Positions 16,617 through 25,303 of a DNA stretch of 60,303 bases are shown here, in pieces. The DNA lies in the NCBI GenBank assembly GCA_947303735.1, contig CAMYZD010000001.1:1-60303 (forward strand), given 5' to 3'. Source of the DNA: an uncultured Bacteroidales bacterium. GTDB lineage: Bacteria > Bacteroidota > Bacteroidia > Bacteroidales > P3. Made by a program: the position numbers and the translations under genes. Position 1 is the first letter of the stretch. Each line of letters begins with the position of its first letter. The notes under the pieces are model-generated. The model did no database searches, was not told the origin of the DNA, and saw only the letters and a list, made by a program, of their open reading frames with translations.

Positions 16617-19094
16617 CTAATTCTGAATGGCGATAGGTAAGGCATCCTTCATCTCTGAAATATAGTGGAAGGTGAGTCCCTTGAGATATTGGGACGGGAT
16701 GTCTTCAATGTCGCGACGATTGTCGTTGCACAGGATAATGTCGGTGATATTGGCACGCTTGGCGGCAAGAACTTTCTCTTTGATTCCACCCACAGCGGTG
16801 ACGGCACCCCTGAGGGTGATTTCTCCTGTCATGGCAATAGTAGGGATGACCTTCTTCTGCGTGAGAGAGGAGACCATGGCAACAAACATGGTGATGCCTG
16901 CCGAGGGTCCATCCTTGGGAGTGGCTCCTTCGGGAACATGTATGTGAATATTGCTATTCTCGATAAGTTCGGGGCTAATGCCAAACGATTCGGCGTTGGC
17001 TTTGATATATTCAAATGCCAAAGTGGCAGACTCTTTCATCACATCGCCTAGGTTGCCCGTCATGGTGAGTGTGCCTTTGCCTTTGCTTATGCTGGATTCG
17101 ATAAAAAGTATTTCGCCACCCACTTGAGTCCAAGCCAGGCCAGTCACAACTCCCACCTTTGGCTCGTCGCCACGGTGGTCGCTATTGTGGATGGGTAAGC
17201 CGAGGATTTCCTTCAGCTCTGTGATATGGACGACAGGGTCTAGGTCTTTGCCTTCAGACTTACGTACGGCACGATGGCGGATAATCTTGGCGAGGGTCTT
17301 CTCAAGCTGACGGACACCACTTTCTCGGGTGTAATCGTTGATAATGCGGGTGAGAACTTCTTTGCTGAACCTCAGTTCGTTCTTGGCAAAGCCATGGCCT
17401 TCGAGTAGGCGAGGGATAAGGTGACGTCGGGCAATCTCCAGTTTCTCTTCAAGGATATAGCCGCTCAGATCGATGATTTCCATACGGTCGAGCAGGGCAG
17501 GTTGGATAGTGCTGAGGGTATTAGCCGTGGCGATGAAGAGGACGTGCGAGAGGTCGTAGTCGAGGTCGAGGTAGTTGTCGTGGAAGGCGTTGTTCTGTTC
17601 GGGGTCAAGCACCTCAAGAAGGGCGGAGGTAGGGTCGCCGTTATGGCTCATGCCTTGAACCTTGTCGATTTCGTCTAAGACAAAAACGGGATTGCTGACC
17701 CCTGCCTTTTTGATATTCTGGATGATGCGTCCGGGCATTGCTCCCACGTAAGTCTTGCGGTGTCCACGTATTTCGGCTTCATCGTGTAAACCGCCTAGTG
17801 CCATGCGGACATATTTCCGTTTCATGGCGGTGGCAATGCTTTTTCCGAGCGAGGTCTTACCAGTACCCGGAGGTCCAACTAGGCAGAGGATAGGACTTTT
17901 CATGTCGCCTTTGAGGCTTAGCACGGCAATATATTCAAGAATGCGTTCTTTAACTTTCTCCAGGCCGTAGTGGTCTTTCTCCAGTACCTTGCGTGCATGG
18001 GAAGTGCGTAGGTCGTCTTTGCTGTATTCGTCCCAAGGCAGTTGGAGGAGTAGCTCGGCGTAGTTGAGTTCTACGGTATAGTCGGGTGTCTGTGGAGGCG
18101 TACGTCTCAATTTCTCGAGGGTGTGGTTGAATGCCTCTTCGACAGCCTTGCTCCAATGTTTCTTTGAGGCACGCTCTTGTAGGAGTTTTAGGTCTTGGTC
18201 GCTTGTGGTGCCCCCCAGCTCGTCTTGAATGACGCGCATTTGCTGGTTGAGATAGTATTCACGCTGCTGGCGATCCATCTCTTGGCGGGCCTTGTCCTGT
18301 ATGTCATCACGAATGCGGTAGAATTCGTGTTCGTTCTCAATATACTCGGCTACCATGTCGGCTCGGAGGTCATACCCAAACACTTCTAGGAGGGTCTGCT
18401 TGTCGCTAGTGGATATGTCGAGGTGGGCAGCGATGTAGTTGGTCAGAATACGGTCACTACCAATATTAGATAGCGAGTTGATGATGTCTTTAGAATTGAA
18501 TCCTGCACCATTATTTTTTTTCTGCTGCAGTTCGGCGTAGCGACGCCTGATGGTCATCACCTTGTTGTGGAATGTGCGGGGATGGTTGCTTTTTTCGATT
18601 TCATTAATGAGAGTAGCCTTCCCGTGATAGAATGGTTGGGTTTGGGTGATACTGTCGAGGGAGCATTTCATGGTCCCTTGAAGGACGGCCATATTGTTTT
18701 CATGAGGCAGGTCGATGACTCGGAGAACACGTGCCACCACTCCGATTTTATACAAGTCGTCTAACTGGGGCTCTTCCACGTCGTTCTTTTGTGCCACTAC
18801 AATGATGCGCAGGTTCTTGCGCTCGGCCAGACGGAGGAGTTGCAGTGATGACTTACGTCCCACGGAGATAGGCATTACCACACCAGGGAAAAGCACGTTG
18901 TCCCGAAGGGGGAGCAGGGGTATGTCTTCCGGTATCTCGTCTTCGTTTAGAAGGAATGACTCATCCTCTTTGGTCACAAGTGGGATAATCTCGGCTCTCG
19001 ATGCAAACCCGTCAGCATCCACACCTGTGGTGAATATGTTGTCCAGTTCCAAATCCATCTCTAAAAGTTCTTCTTGAATTGTATTTTTCTTCAT
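16617..19094 (-). CDS. lon: ATP-dependent Lon protease
   Basis: 825 aa. Has the Walker A motif GPPGTGKTS and the catalytic-Ser motif PKDGPSAG. Confidence 0.97.
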   Translation of the reverse strand: MKKNTIQEELLEMDLELDNIFTTGVDADGFASRAEIIPLVTKEDESFLLNEDEIPEDIPLLPLRDNVLFPGVVMPISVGRKSSLQLLRLAERKNLRIIVVAQKNDVEEPQLDDLYKIGVVARVLRVIDLPHENNMAVLQGTMKCSLDSITQTQPFYHGKATLINEIEKSNHPRTFHNKVMTIRRRYAELQQKKNNGAGFNSKDIINSLSNIGSDRILTNYIAAHLDISTSDKQTLLEVFGYDLRADMVAEYIENEHEFYRIRDDIQDKARQEMDRQQREYYLNQQMRVIQDELGGTTSDQDLKLLQERASKKHWSKAVEEAFNHTLEKLRRTPPQTPDYTVELNYAELLLQLPWDEYSKDDLRTSHARKVLEKDHYGLEKVKERILEYIAVLSLKGDMKSPILCLVGPPGTGKTSLGKSIATAMKRKYVRMALGGLHDEAEIRGHRKTYVGAMPGRIIQNIKKAGVSNPVFVLDEIDKVQGMSHNGDPTSALLEVLDPEQNNAFHDNYLDLDYDLSHVLFIATANTLSTIQPALLDRMEIIDLSGYILEEKLEIARRHLIPRLLEGHGFAKNELRFSKEVLTRIINDYTRESGVRQLEKTLAKIIRHRAVRKSEGKDLDPVVHITELKEILGLPIHNSDHRGDEPKVGVVTGLAWTQVGGEILFIESSISKGKGTLTMTGNLGDVMKESATLAFEYIKANAESFGISPELIENSNIHIHVPEGATPKDGPSAGITMFVAMVSSLTQKKVIPTIAMTGEITLRGAVTAVGGIKEKVLAAKRANITDIILCNDNRRDIEDIPSQYLKGLTFHYISEMKDALPIAIQN

Positions 19095-19225
19095 GTAGCG
19101 TATGGGTCAAAATCTACTCTGGATTGTATTTTCGATAGACTCTATTATACGCAAAAAGATATAAAAGGTTTCGTTTTTTTGGCTGTAAGTTTTTGTTTAT
19201 TGGGGACCAGAGATATGTGATATGA

Positions 19226-19681
19226 TCACTCTTGCTTGCCTTCGTTTCTTTTTTCGAAAAAGACTTCGATATTCTTTATTATCCAATTGATAAAGAGAAT
19301 CACTCCTACTGAGATAATGGCGTATCGCCACATGCCATATCCGCAAAGACAGCCGACGGCAGCACTGCACCAGATAGTCGCCGCACTATTCAACCCATGG
19401 ATGGTCAACCCGTTTTTCATGATGACACCAGCACCAAGAAAACCAATGCCTGTCACCACTTGTGAGAGTACACGCAGGTTGTCGTTGTTGACGGGGCCGC
19501 CATTCTGAATGGATGTGGCTATCACACTTTCAGAAATAAGAATGAAAATACAGGCACCCACCGAGACCAGCGCATTGACTGCCAGACCGGCATTGCGATT
19601 ACGCAGTTGGCGTTCCAGACCAATCAATATGCCTGCTATCAAGGCACAGAGAATCCTGTTGAAGAAAACATCTAATGGCAT
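19226..19681 (-). CDS. mgtC: MgtC/SapB family membrane protein
   Basis: 151 aa with the GLERQ motif near the N-terminus and 4-5 TM helices typical of the family. Confidence 0.85.
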   Translation of the reverse strand: MPLDVFFNRILCALIAGILIGLERQLRNRNAGLAVNALVSVGACIFILISESVIATSIQNGGPVNNDNLRVLSQVVTGIGFLGAGVIMKNGLTIHGLNSAATIWCSAAVGCLCGYGMWRYAIISVGVILFINWIIKNIEVFFEKRNEGKQE

Positions 19682-19724
19682 ATTCTTTATTGTTAATTGC
19701 GTTTGGGTTTTGTTTTAGCCAATA

Positions 19725-20417
19725 TTATGCCTCGTTGGCGGTCTCAATGGTTGATTTGCCAGCCAGCACCACCACTATCTCGCCTTTTACTTCTTTAGAG
19801 GCAAAATGGCCATGAACCTCACGGAGTGTTCCACGGGCAGTCTCAGCGTGCAGTTTACTTATTTCGCGCGACACACTCACCTGCCTCTCCTCACCCAGTA
19901 CGGTTATCAACTCCTCCAAGAGTTTGACCAGTCGGTAGGGCGACTCATAAATGACCATGGTTCTCTCCTCGTCTGCCAGTTGCCTGATGGCGGTCTGACG
20001 GCCTTTTTTGTGAGGGAGGAACCCTAGGAATACAAACCTGTCGCAGGGCAGACCGCTGTCGACCAATGCAGGCACCATGGCGGTAGCACCAGGAAGGGTC
20101 TCAACAGGGATATTGTTCTTGACTGCCTCGCGAACCAACAAAAACCCCGGGTCGCTAATACCTGGAGTTCCCGCATCGGTGACCAAGGCAATCGTCATGC
20201 CGCTCAGCAGGCGATCGACGATGTTGTGTAGTGTCTGGTGTTCGTTGAAGATATGATACGCCTGCATAGGAGTGGTAATGCCATAATGTTGCATCACTAC
20301 TCGCGATGTACGTGTGTCCTCTGCCAATATCAGGTCTGCTCCTTTCAGCACCTCGACGGCACGATAAGTCATGTCGCCGAGGTTGCCTACAGGGGTGGGT
20401 ACAAGGTATAGTTTCAT
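19725..20417 (-). CDS. rsmI: 16S rRNA (cytidine1402-2'-O)-methyltransferase
   Basis: The N-terminus LYLVPTPVGNLGDMTYRAVEVLKGADLILAEDTR is the RsmI tetrapyrrole-methylase-fold signature. Confidence 0.9.
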   Translation of the reverse strand: MKLYLVPTPVGNLGDMTYRAVEVLKGADLILAEDTRTSRVVMQHYGITTPMQAYHIFNEHQTLHNIVDRLLSGMTIALVTDAGTPGISDPGFLLVREAVKNNIPVETLPGATAMVPALVDSGLPCDRFVFLGFLPHKKGRQTAIRQLADEERTMVIYESPYRLVKLLEELITVLGEERQVSVSREISKLHAETARGTLREVHGHFASKEVKGEIVVVLAGKSTIETANEA

Positions 20418-21157
20418 TACTCCATCTCGAAGTCGTCAGGTATCTCCATGTCGTGGAAGACATTGGTGACATCGTCATCTTCTTCCAGCAAGTTGATAAC
20501 CTTAAGCACCTTGCGCATAGAGTCCTCGTCAATGGCACGAGTGGTATTGGGAATACGCTGCAGTTCGGCGCTCTCACACTCTATCTTCATTTCTTCCAAC
20601 ATCTTCACCATGTTGCCGAAGTCCTCATATGCGGTGTAGAGGGTGATGTACTCATCGTCCACTTCCATTTCTTCCAGACCGCCGTCGATAAGGGTCATCT
20701 CTAATTCCTCGACATCCATCTCGGGTTTGCGCGGAATGACAAAGACACCCTTGCGTGTGAAGAGGAAGCTGAGGCTGCCATTTGTCTCCATGGTTCCGCC
20801 GTTCTTGTTCATTATGCTACGAACATTGGCAACGGTACGCATATTGTTGTCAGACAGGCACTCGATAAACAGGGCAATGCCGTGGTTTACATGGCACTCG
20901 AAGGTGATTTCCTGCAGCACGGCGGCATCCTTGTCACTTGCCTTGTTGATGGCACGCATCAGTGTGTCCTTAGGCATGTTGCATCCACGGGCGTTCTGCA
21001 CCAACAGGCGCAGTCTTGGGTTGCTGTCGGGGTCAGGGCCGCTTTCGCGAACGGCAACGGCTACTTCTTTCAAAATTTTGGAATACTGTTTCGAGCGTTT
21101 GGCATCGGCAGCGCCTTTGGCTCTCTTAATCTTTGACCATTTGTTGTGTCCTGACAT
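20417..21157 (-). CDS. YebC/PmpR family DNA-binding regulator
   Basis: The N-terminus MSGHNKWSKIKRAKGAADAKRSK is diagnostic. 246 aa. Confidence 0.93.
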   Translation of the reverse strand: MSGHNKWSKIKRAKGAADAKRSKQYSKILKEVAVAVRESGPDPDSNPRLRLLVQNARGCNMPKDTLMRAINKASDKDAAVLQEITFECHVNHGIALFIECLSDNNMRTVANVRSIMNKNGGTMETNGSLSFLFTRKGVFVIPRKPEMDVEELEMTLIDGGLEEMEVDDEYITLYTAYEDFGNMVKMLEEMKIECESAELQRIPNTTRAIDEDSMRKVLKVINLLEEDDDVTNVFHDMEIPDDFEME

Positions 21158-21196
21158 AAAATTAGTTTTTATATATTATACAATTGTTATTATTTG

Positions 21197-21883
21197 CTAT
21201 TTGACATAGAATTTCAGATAGGTGATGGGCATCCCTTGGGAGAGGAACATGCGCTCATAGAATGTCTGCGTCATCTGGGCCTCCACAAGGCATGGAATCT
21301 CAGGGTGTTCTGAGGACGGAAGGGCATACAGGTCGTTGGTTGAATACTCTACTCGGTAGTTGCCTGCAGGGATTACTTCGTTGAGGGTGTACTCATATAG
21401 TTCCTGTGAGTCGGTCTTCAGGTGTATCGGTGACCCTGGCAGTAGAAACTGCTTATAGTACCCAAGGAACCTTTCACAGGTCAGTCTCTTGTTCTCCTTC
21501 TTGGGTTGGGGGTCGGGGAAGGTAATCCATATCTCAGACACCTCGTTGGGTGCGAAGAACTGCTCAATCAGCTCTATGCGGGTGCGGACGAATGCCACGT
21601 TCTTCATCTGCTCCTCATTGCTGGTCTTTGCTCCACGCCACAGGCGGGCCCCCTTGATGTCAATCCCTATATAGTTCCGTTCGGGATTGATTCGGGCAAG
21701 ATTCACCGTGTATTCACCTTTGCCACATCCTAGCTCCAATGAAATGGGGTTGTCGTTTCCAAAGAAACTAGACCATCGACCGCGAAGGGCAAATCCCTCC
21801 TCTTTCAGCATCTCGTACGATACCTGAAAGAGGTTGGGGAATGTTAAGTTTTCAGCGAAACGTTCTAGCTTATGGTGACCCAT
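21197..21883 (-). CDS. trmB: tRNA (guanine46-N7)-methyltransferase
   Basis: Has the SAM motif LELGCGKGEYTV and the WITFPDPQPKK motif. Confidence 0.9.
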   Translation of the reverse strand: MGHHKLERFAENLTFPNLFQVSYEMLKEEGFALRGRWSSFFGNDNPISLELGCGKGEYTVNLARINPERNYIGIDIKGARLWRGAKTSNEEQMKNVAFVRTRIELIEQFFAPNEVSEIWITFPDPQPKKENKRLTCERFLGYYKQFLLPGSPIHLKTDSQELYEYTLNEVIPAGNYRVEYSTNDLYALPSSEHPEIPCLVEAQMTQTFYERMFLSQGMPITYLKFYVK

Positions 21884-21893
21884 GGGCTAACCC

Positions 21894-23648
21894 TTATTCG
21901 TTGAAGTTTTTAATGGTTACGTCGCTCTTGTACCACGACTTGATGTGCTTCTCCATCGCCTGGGCTGCGGTGTAGGTGGGGGCAGAACCCATGCTGACAT
22001 AGTATCCGCCCGACTTGCTGATGATATAGGCGTCGCTGCCTAGGACTTTCAGTTGGTTGGCACACTTGTTGGCAGACTTCTTCGAGGTGAAGAATCCGGC
22101 GATAATGTCAAATCCCTGTTTGCTGTTTCTGAAGGTGGGTGCTTCAGGCTCTACTTCCACGTAGGGTTGGTCGTTCTTCTTATAGGCATTGGCTTTGGCA
22201 CCACCATTGCCACCAGTCTGACCATAACCTTTCAAGCCATATCCGTCGGCGTGCAATCCTAGGCTGACGATGATGTCGTCAAGCAAACCGTCCAACAGAT
22301 CGAGGTTCATCAGTTCACCTTGTACTTTGCAGCGGTAGTATTGGGCACCTGCCTCTTTATATTCAGCGTAGTTCCGTTTCAGCCAGAAGTCTTCATAGGG
22401 GAAGAAACGTTTCACGCAGTAGCCTTCCACCATCAGCTCGTGCAGACGGTCGTTGGCATATTGGTCCACTTGGTTCATCACCGGGGCAAAGGCATTGCCG
22501 TAGTGACGTGCCAATAGGAACTGGTGGACGTAATCGGCCATGAAGTTATGTACTAATATGCAACTACGATTGATGTCGTTTTCTTCAAAGGTGAGCAGGT
22601 TGCGGTCTTCGGTGAATTGGTCTTTATAGGAGAGCTCCACTTCGCGGGCACAACTCTCACCCGAGGGGATGCCTCTGTGAGTAAAAAAGTAGTAGGCGCC
22701 AAATCCTAATAATAAGAGGAGTAACAATACCAATATCCAAAGCCAGCCGCGTCTTTTCTTGTCTTCCTTTTTCTCCTGTTTCTGTATTCTAGCAGCCATT
22801 TTCTGCTGCTCTTTAGCTGCTTTGGCCTGCTCCTTGGCGGCTCTTGCTTGGTCTTTCATAGCCTGTTCGGCCTTTCGTGCAGCAGCTTTCTCGGCCTCTT
22901 CTACTTTTTTGCGTGCCTCCTTCTCGGCCTTTGCGGCAGCCTTTTCGGCCAAGCGCTTCTCACGGGCATCTTTAGGCGAGGAGGGAATCTCGTCCAGCAT
23001 ACGCTTCACTTCCGACAGGTGGTCGGCCGTGCTGGTCGGTGTTGCCACGACGGGGGGGATCACGTCGACTTTAGGCTCAGGTTCTGGAGTGGGAGGGGTG
23101 ATGGGCTTAGGCTCAGCGGTAGGGGTAGGAGTAGGAGTAGGTTCTGGTACCGGCTCGGGTACGGGTTCGGGCTCAGGTGCGGGTGTGGCGGGTTTGTCGA
23201 AAGCAGCAAATGGGTCGGCTACTGCCTTGGGAGTATAGGTCGCTACATGTTCTAGGGGCTGCTCATGTTTCTTGTTGGCGTCGAGGTCTAAGTCTGGCAA
23301 TGCTTCAAATGTGGCGCTCGATCCCTTCAGCATCATTCTTCCCAGACCGGGGAACTCATGCCCGGTAGCCGAGCGGTGTAGCTTGTCGTTCAGGGCAGCA
23401 ATATAATTGTTCCACATTTGTTCGGCAATGTCGTTGGTCACGCATTCTTTCTCGGCAATGTGGCGGATTATCGCCTTGTTTCCAGATAGGCTGTTGTTCA
23501 TAACCACCGTGCGGCGGGCAGGGTAGAAGGTGCCTGTTGCCGTGTCGTGGTAGGCACTCACATTGCTGCCTGTCAACGTTCCTAGTCCGGGAAATTCAAC
23601 CGTATTGCCTTGTTGGACGAATTCTACGATAAGTTCTGTTATATTCAT
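21894..23648 (-). CDS. HU-like-domain / SPOR-domain membrane protein with Pro-rich and Lys/Ala/Glu-rich linkers
   Basis: 584 aa. Order of parts: two N-terminal EFPGLG HU-like repeats, a PEPxP tract, a KAAEKE coiled coil, a poly-Leu TM segment, then a C-terminal SPOR-like segment (FDIIAGFFTSKKSANKCANQLKVLGSDAYII). Confidence 0.75.
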   Translation of the reverse strand: MNITELIVEFVQQGNTVEFPGLGTLTGSNVSAYHDTATGTFYPARRTVVMNNSLSGNKAIIRHIAEKECVTNDIAEQMWNNYIAALNDKLHRSATGHEFPGLGRMMLKGSSATFEALPDLDLDANKKHEQPLEHVATYTPKAVADPFAAFDKPATPAPEPEPVPEPVPEPTPTPTPTAEPKPITPPTPEPEPKVDVIPPVVATPTSTADHLSEVKRMLDEIPSSPKDAREKRLAEKAAAKAEKEARKKVEEAEKAAARKAEQAMKDQARAAKEQAKAAKEQQKMAARIQKQEKKEDKKRRGWLWILVLLLLLLLGFGAYYFFTHRGIPSGESCAREVELSYKDQFTEDRNLLTFEENDINRSCILVHNFMADYVHQFLLARHYGNAFAPVMNQVDQYANDRLHELMVEGYCVKRFFPYEDFWLKRNYAEYKEAGAQYYRCKVQGELMNLDLLDGLLDDIIVSLGLHADGYGLKGYGQTGGNGGAKANAYKKNDQPYVEVEPEAPTFRNSKQGFDIIAGFFTSKKSANKCANQLKVLGSDAYIISKSGGYYVSMGSAPTYTAAQAMEKHIKSWYKSDVTIKNFNE

Positions 23649-23662
23649 ACGAACGTAATAAT

Positions 23663-24433
23663 TTATTTCTTGTTTGTTATTTTCATTGTTAAGTATTGTT
23701 CGGCTGCAGCCAGGTCTTCGGGGGTGTCGATACCCATGTTGCTTGTCGGTGTCTCACTCACCCGTATGCTGTAGCCATTCTCCAACCAGCGCAGCTGCTC
23801 TAGGCTTTCGCTTTTCTCAAGAGGCGAAGGTGAAAGGCTTACCACCTTCTTCAGCACGGTAGTTCTGAAGGCATATATGCCCACATGCTTATAGTAGTCC
23901 TGCTGTTGGAGCCATTTCTCTTGATCAACTCCTCTGAGGTAGGGTATTGGTTGACGGCTAAAGTAGAGGGCATTCCCCTTGTGGTCGCACACCACCTTCA
24001 CGTTGTTGGGAGAGAAAAGCTCTGCCTCTGAGCGTATGGCTGTCTTAAGGGTGGCAATCTGGGTGTCGTCGTGCTCGAAGCACTTGATTAGACTCTTCAA
24101 CTGTTCTTGTTGCACAAAAGGCTCATCGCCTTGGACATTGATAACCACGTCAAACTGTTTGCCTTCCGCCTCCAATGCCTCCAACACTTCTCCACATCGG
24201 TCAGTGCCGCTACGATGGGTGCTACGGGTCATCATCACGTTGCCTCCCAATGTCTTCACGGCCTCTGCAATGCGGCTGTCGTCGGTTGCCACCACAGCCT
24301 CATCCAGCAAGGGTAAGGCTGTCACGCTATCCCACACCCAGGCTATCATTGGCTTACCCCCCAGCTGTGCCAGAGGTTTGCCCGGGAAGCGGGTCGAAGC
24401 ATATCGTGCAGGTATGATGGCAAGTGTTCTCAT
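23663..24433 (-). CDS. kdsB: 3-deoxy-manno-octulosonate cytidylyltransferase
   Basis: Has IIPARYASTRFPGKPL at the N-terminus and NVQGDEP. Confidence 0.92.
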   Translation of the reverse strand: MRTLAIIPARYASTRFPGKPLAQLGGKPMIAWVWDSVTALPLLDEAVVATDDSRIAEAVKTLGGNVMMTRSTHRSGTDRCGEVLEALEAEGKQFDVVINVQGDEPFVQQEQLKSLIKCFEHDDTQIATLKTAIRSEAELFSPNNVKVVCDHKGNALYFSRQPIPYLRGVDQEKWLQQQDYYKHVGIYAFRTTVLKKVVSLSPSPLEKSESLEQLRWLENGYSIRVSETPTSNMGIDTPEDLAAAEQYLTMKITNKK

Positions 24434-25056
24434 TAGGCTTCGGTAAACAGTGAATTTATGTCGGCATCTATCATATTGTACACCGCCCCGAGGTCTTCCT
24501 CATGGGTGACAAAGTTCAGTTTGTTGAGGTCTACTACAATGATTTTCCCCTTGTTGTAGTTCTCTACCCAGTCTTCATAGCGCTTGTTCAGTCCCGTGAG
24601 GTAGTCCAGCCGTATGCTGTTCTCATATTCTCTGCCGCGCGACTGTATGTTGCGAATCAGGGTCGGCACGTCAGCTCTCAGGTAGATGAGCAGGTCGGGT
24701 GGCTGCAGGAATGACGACACCAGCTCAAAGGTGTGCTGGTAGTTGTCGAAATCGCGGGTGTTCATGAGTCCCATCGCATGCAGGTTGGGTGTGAATATAT
24801 AGGCATCTTCATAAAGGGTACGGTCCTGAATGATGTTTTCACTCTCCTTTTGGGCTTCTAGCAATTGGCGGGTGCGGGTGTGGAGATAGTATATCTGGAT
24901 GTTGAACGACCACCGGCGCATATCCTCATAGAAACTGTTGATATAAGGATTCGTCTCTGTCGACTCGTATATGGGTCTGTACCCATAGTGCCGAGCCAAC
25001 ATTTTGGTCAATGTGGTCTTACCCGAACCAATATTCCCTGCAATAGCGATGTGCAT
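24433..25056 (-). CDS. Deoxynucleoside kinase family protein
   Basis: 207 aa with the P-loop IAGNIGSGKTTL and a dNK-type ERS/DR region. Confidence 0.88.
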   Translation of the reverse strand: MHIAIAGNIGSGKTTLTKMLARHYGYRPIYESTETNPYINSFYEDMRRWSFNIQIYYLHTRTRQLLEAQKESENIIQDRTLYEDAYIFTPNLHAMGLMNTRDFDNYQHTFELVSSFLQPPDLLIYLRADVPTLIRNIQSRGREYENSIRLDYLTGLNKRYEDWVENYNKGKIIVVDLNKLNFVTHEEDLGAVYNMIDADINSLFTEA

Positions 25057-25128
25057 GATAGCCTAGATTTTGCCTATCCTTTTGTCCAACAAAAGAATAG
25101 ACATTTTATTATTCTAATATTTAAAAAG

Positions 25129-25136
25129 CAAAGATA
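25129..25136 (-). promoter_or_regulatory. Candidate -7 box (TATCTTTG) for the dNK-kdsB block
   Basis: Plus-strand caaagata, 73 nt upstream of the ATG at 25056. Confidence 0.35.
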
Positions 25137-25145
25137 CGAAAAAAA

Positions 25146-25171
25146 ATGAAATTGAAAATCGAAAATAGAAA
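25146..25171. repeat. Degenerate heptad array (TTGAAAA family, about 4 units)
   Basis: atgaaa ttgaaaa tcgaaaa tagaaa. It is followed by the perfect 10-bp palindrome attgcgcaat (25174-25183). Confidence 0.6.
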
Positions 25172-25228
25172 TTATTGCGCAATAGCAGCCCGATTCAGGC
25201 TCTCTCTTTTCCTAATTCACTAGAGATA

Positions 25229-25274
25229 CGACACCCACTCGGGTGCATCTATAAATGCACCCGAGTGGGTGTCG
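25229..25274. terminator. Perfect 20-bp inverted repeat (hairpin) downstream of T9SS cargo gene A
   Basis: cgacacccactcgggtgcat (25229-25248), 6-nt loop, atgcacccgagtgggtgtcg (25255-25274). The T-rich run tcttttctttt follows on the plus strand, not on the strand of the upstream gene. Confidence 0.6.
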
Positions 25275-25303
25275 TCTTTTCTTTTAGAGGAGGGGAGGCG
25301 TTG

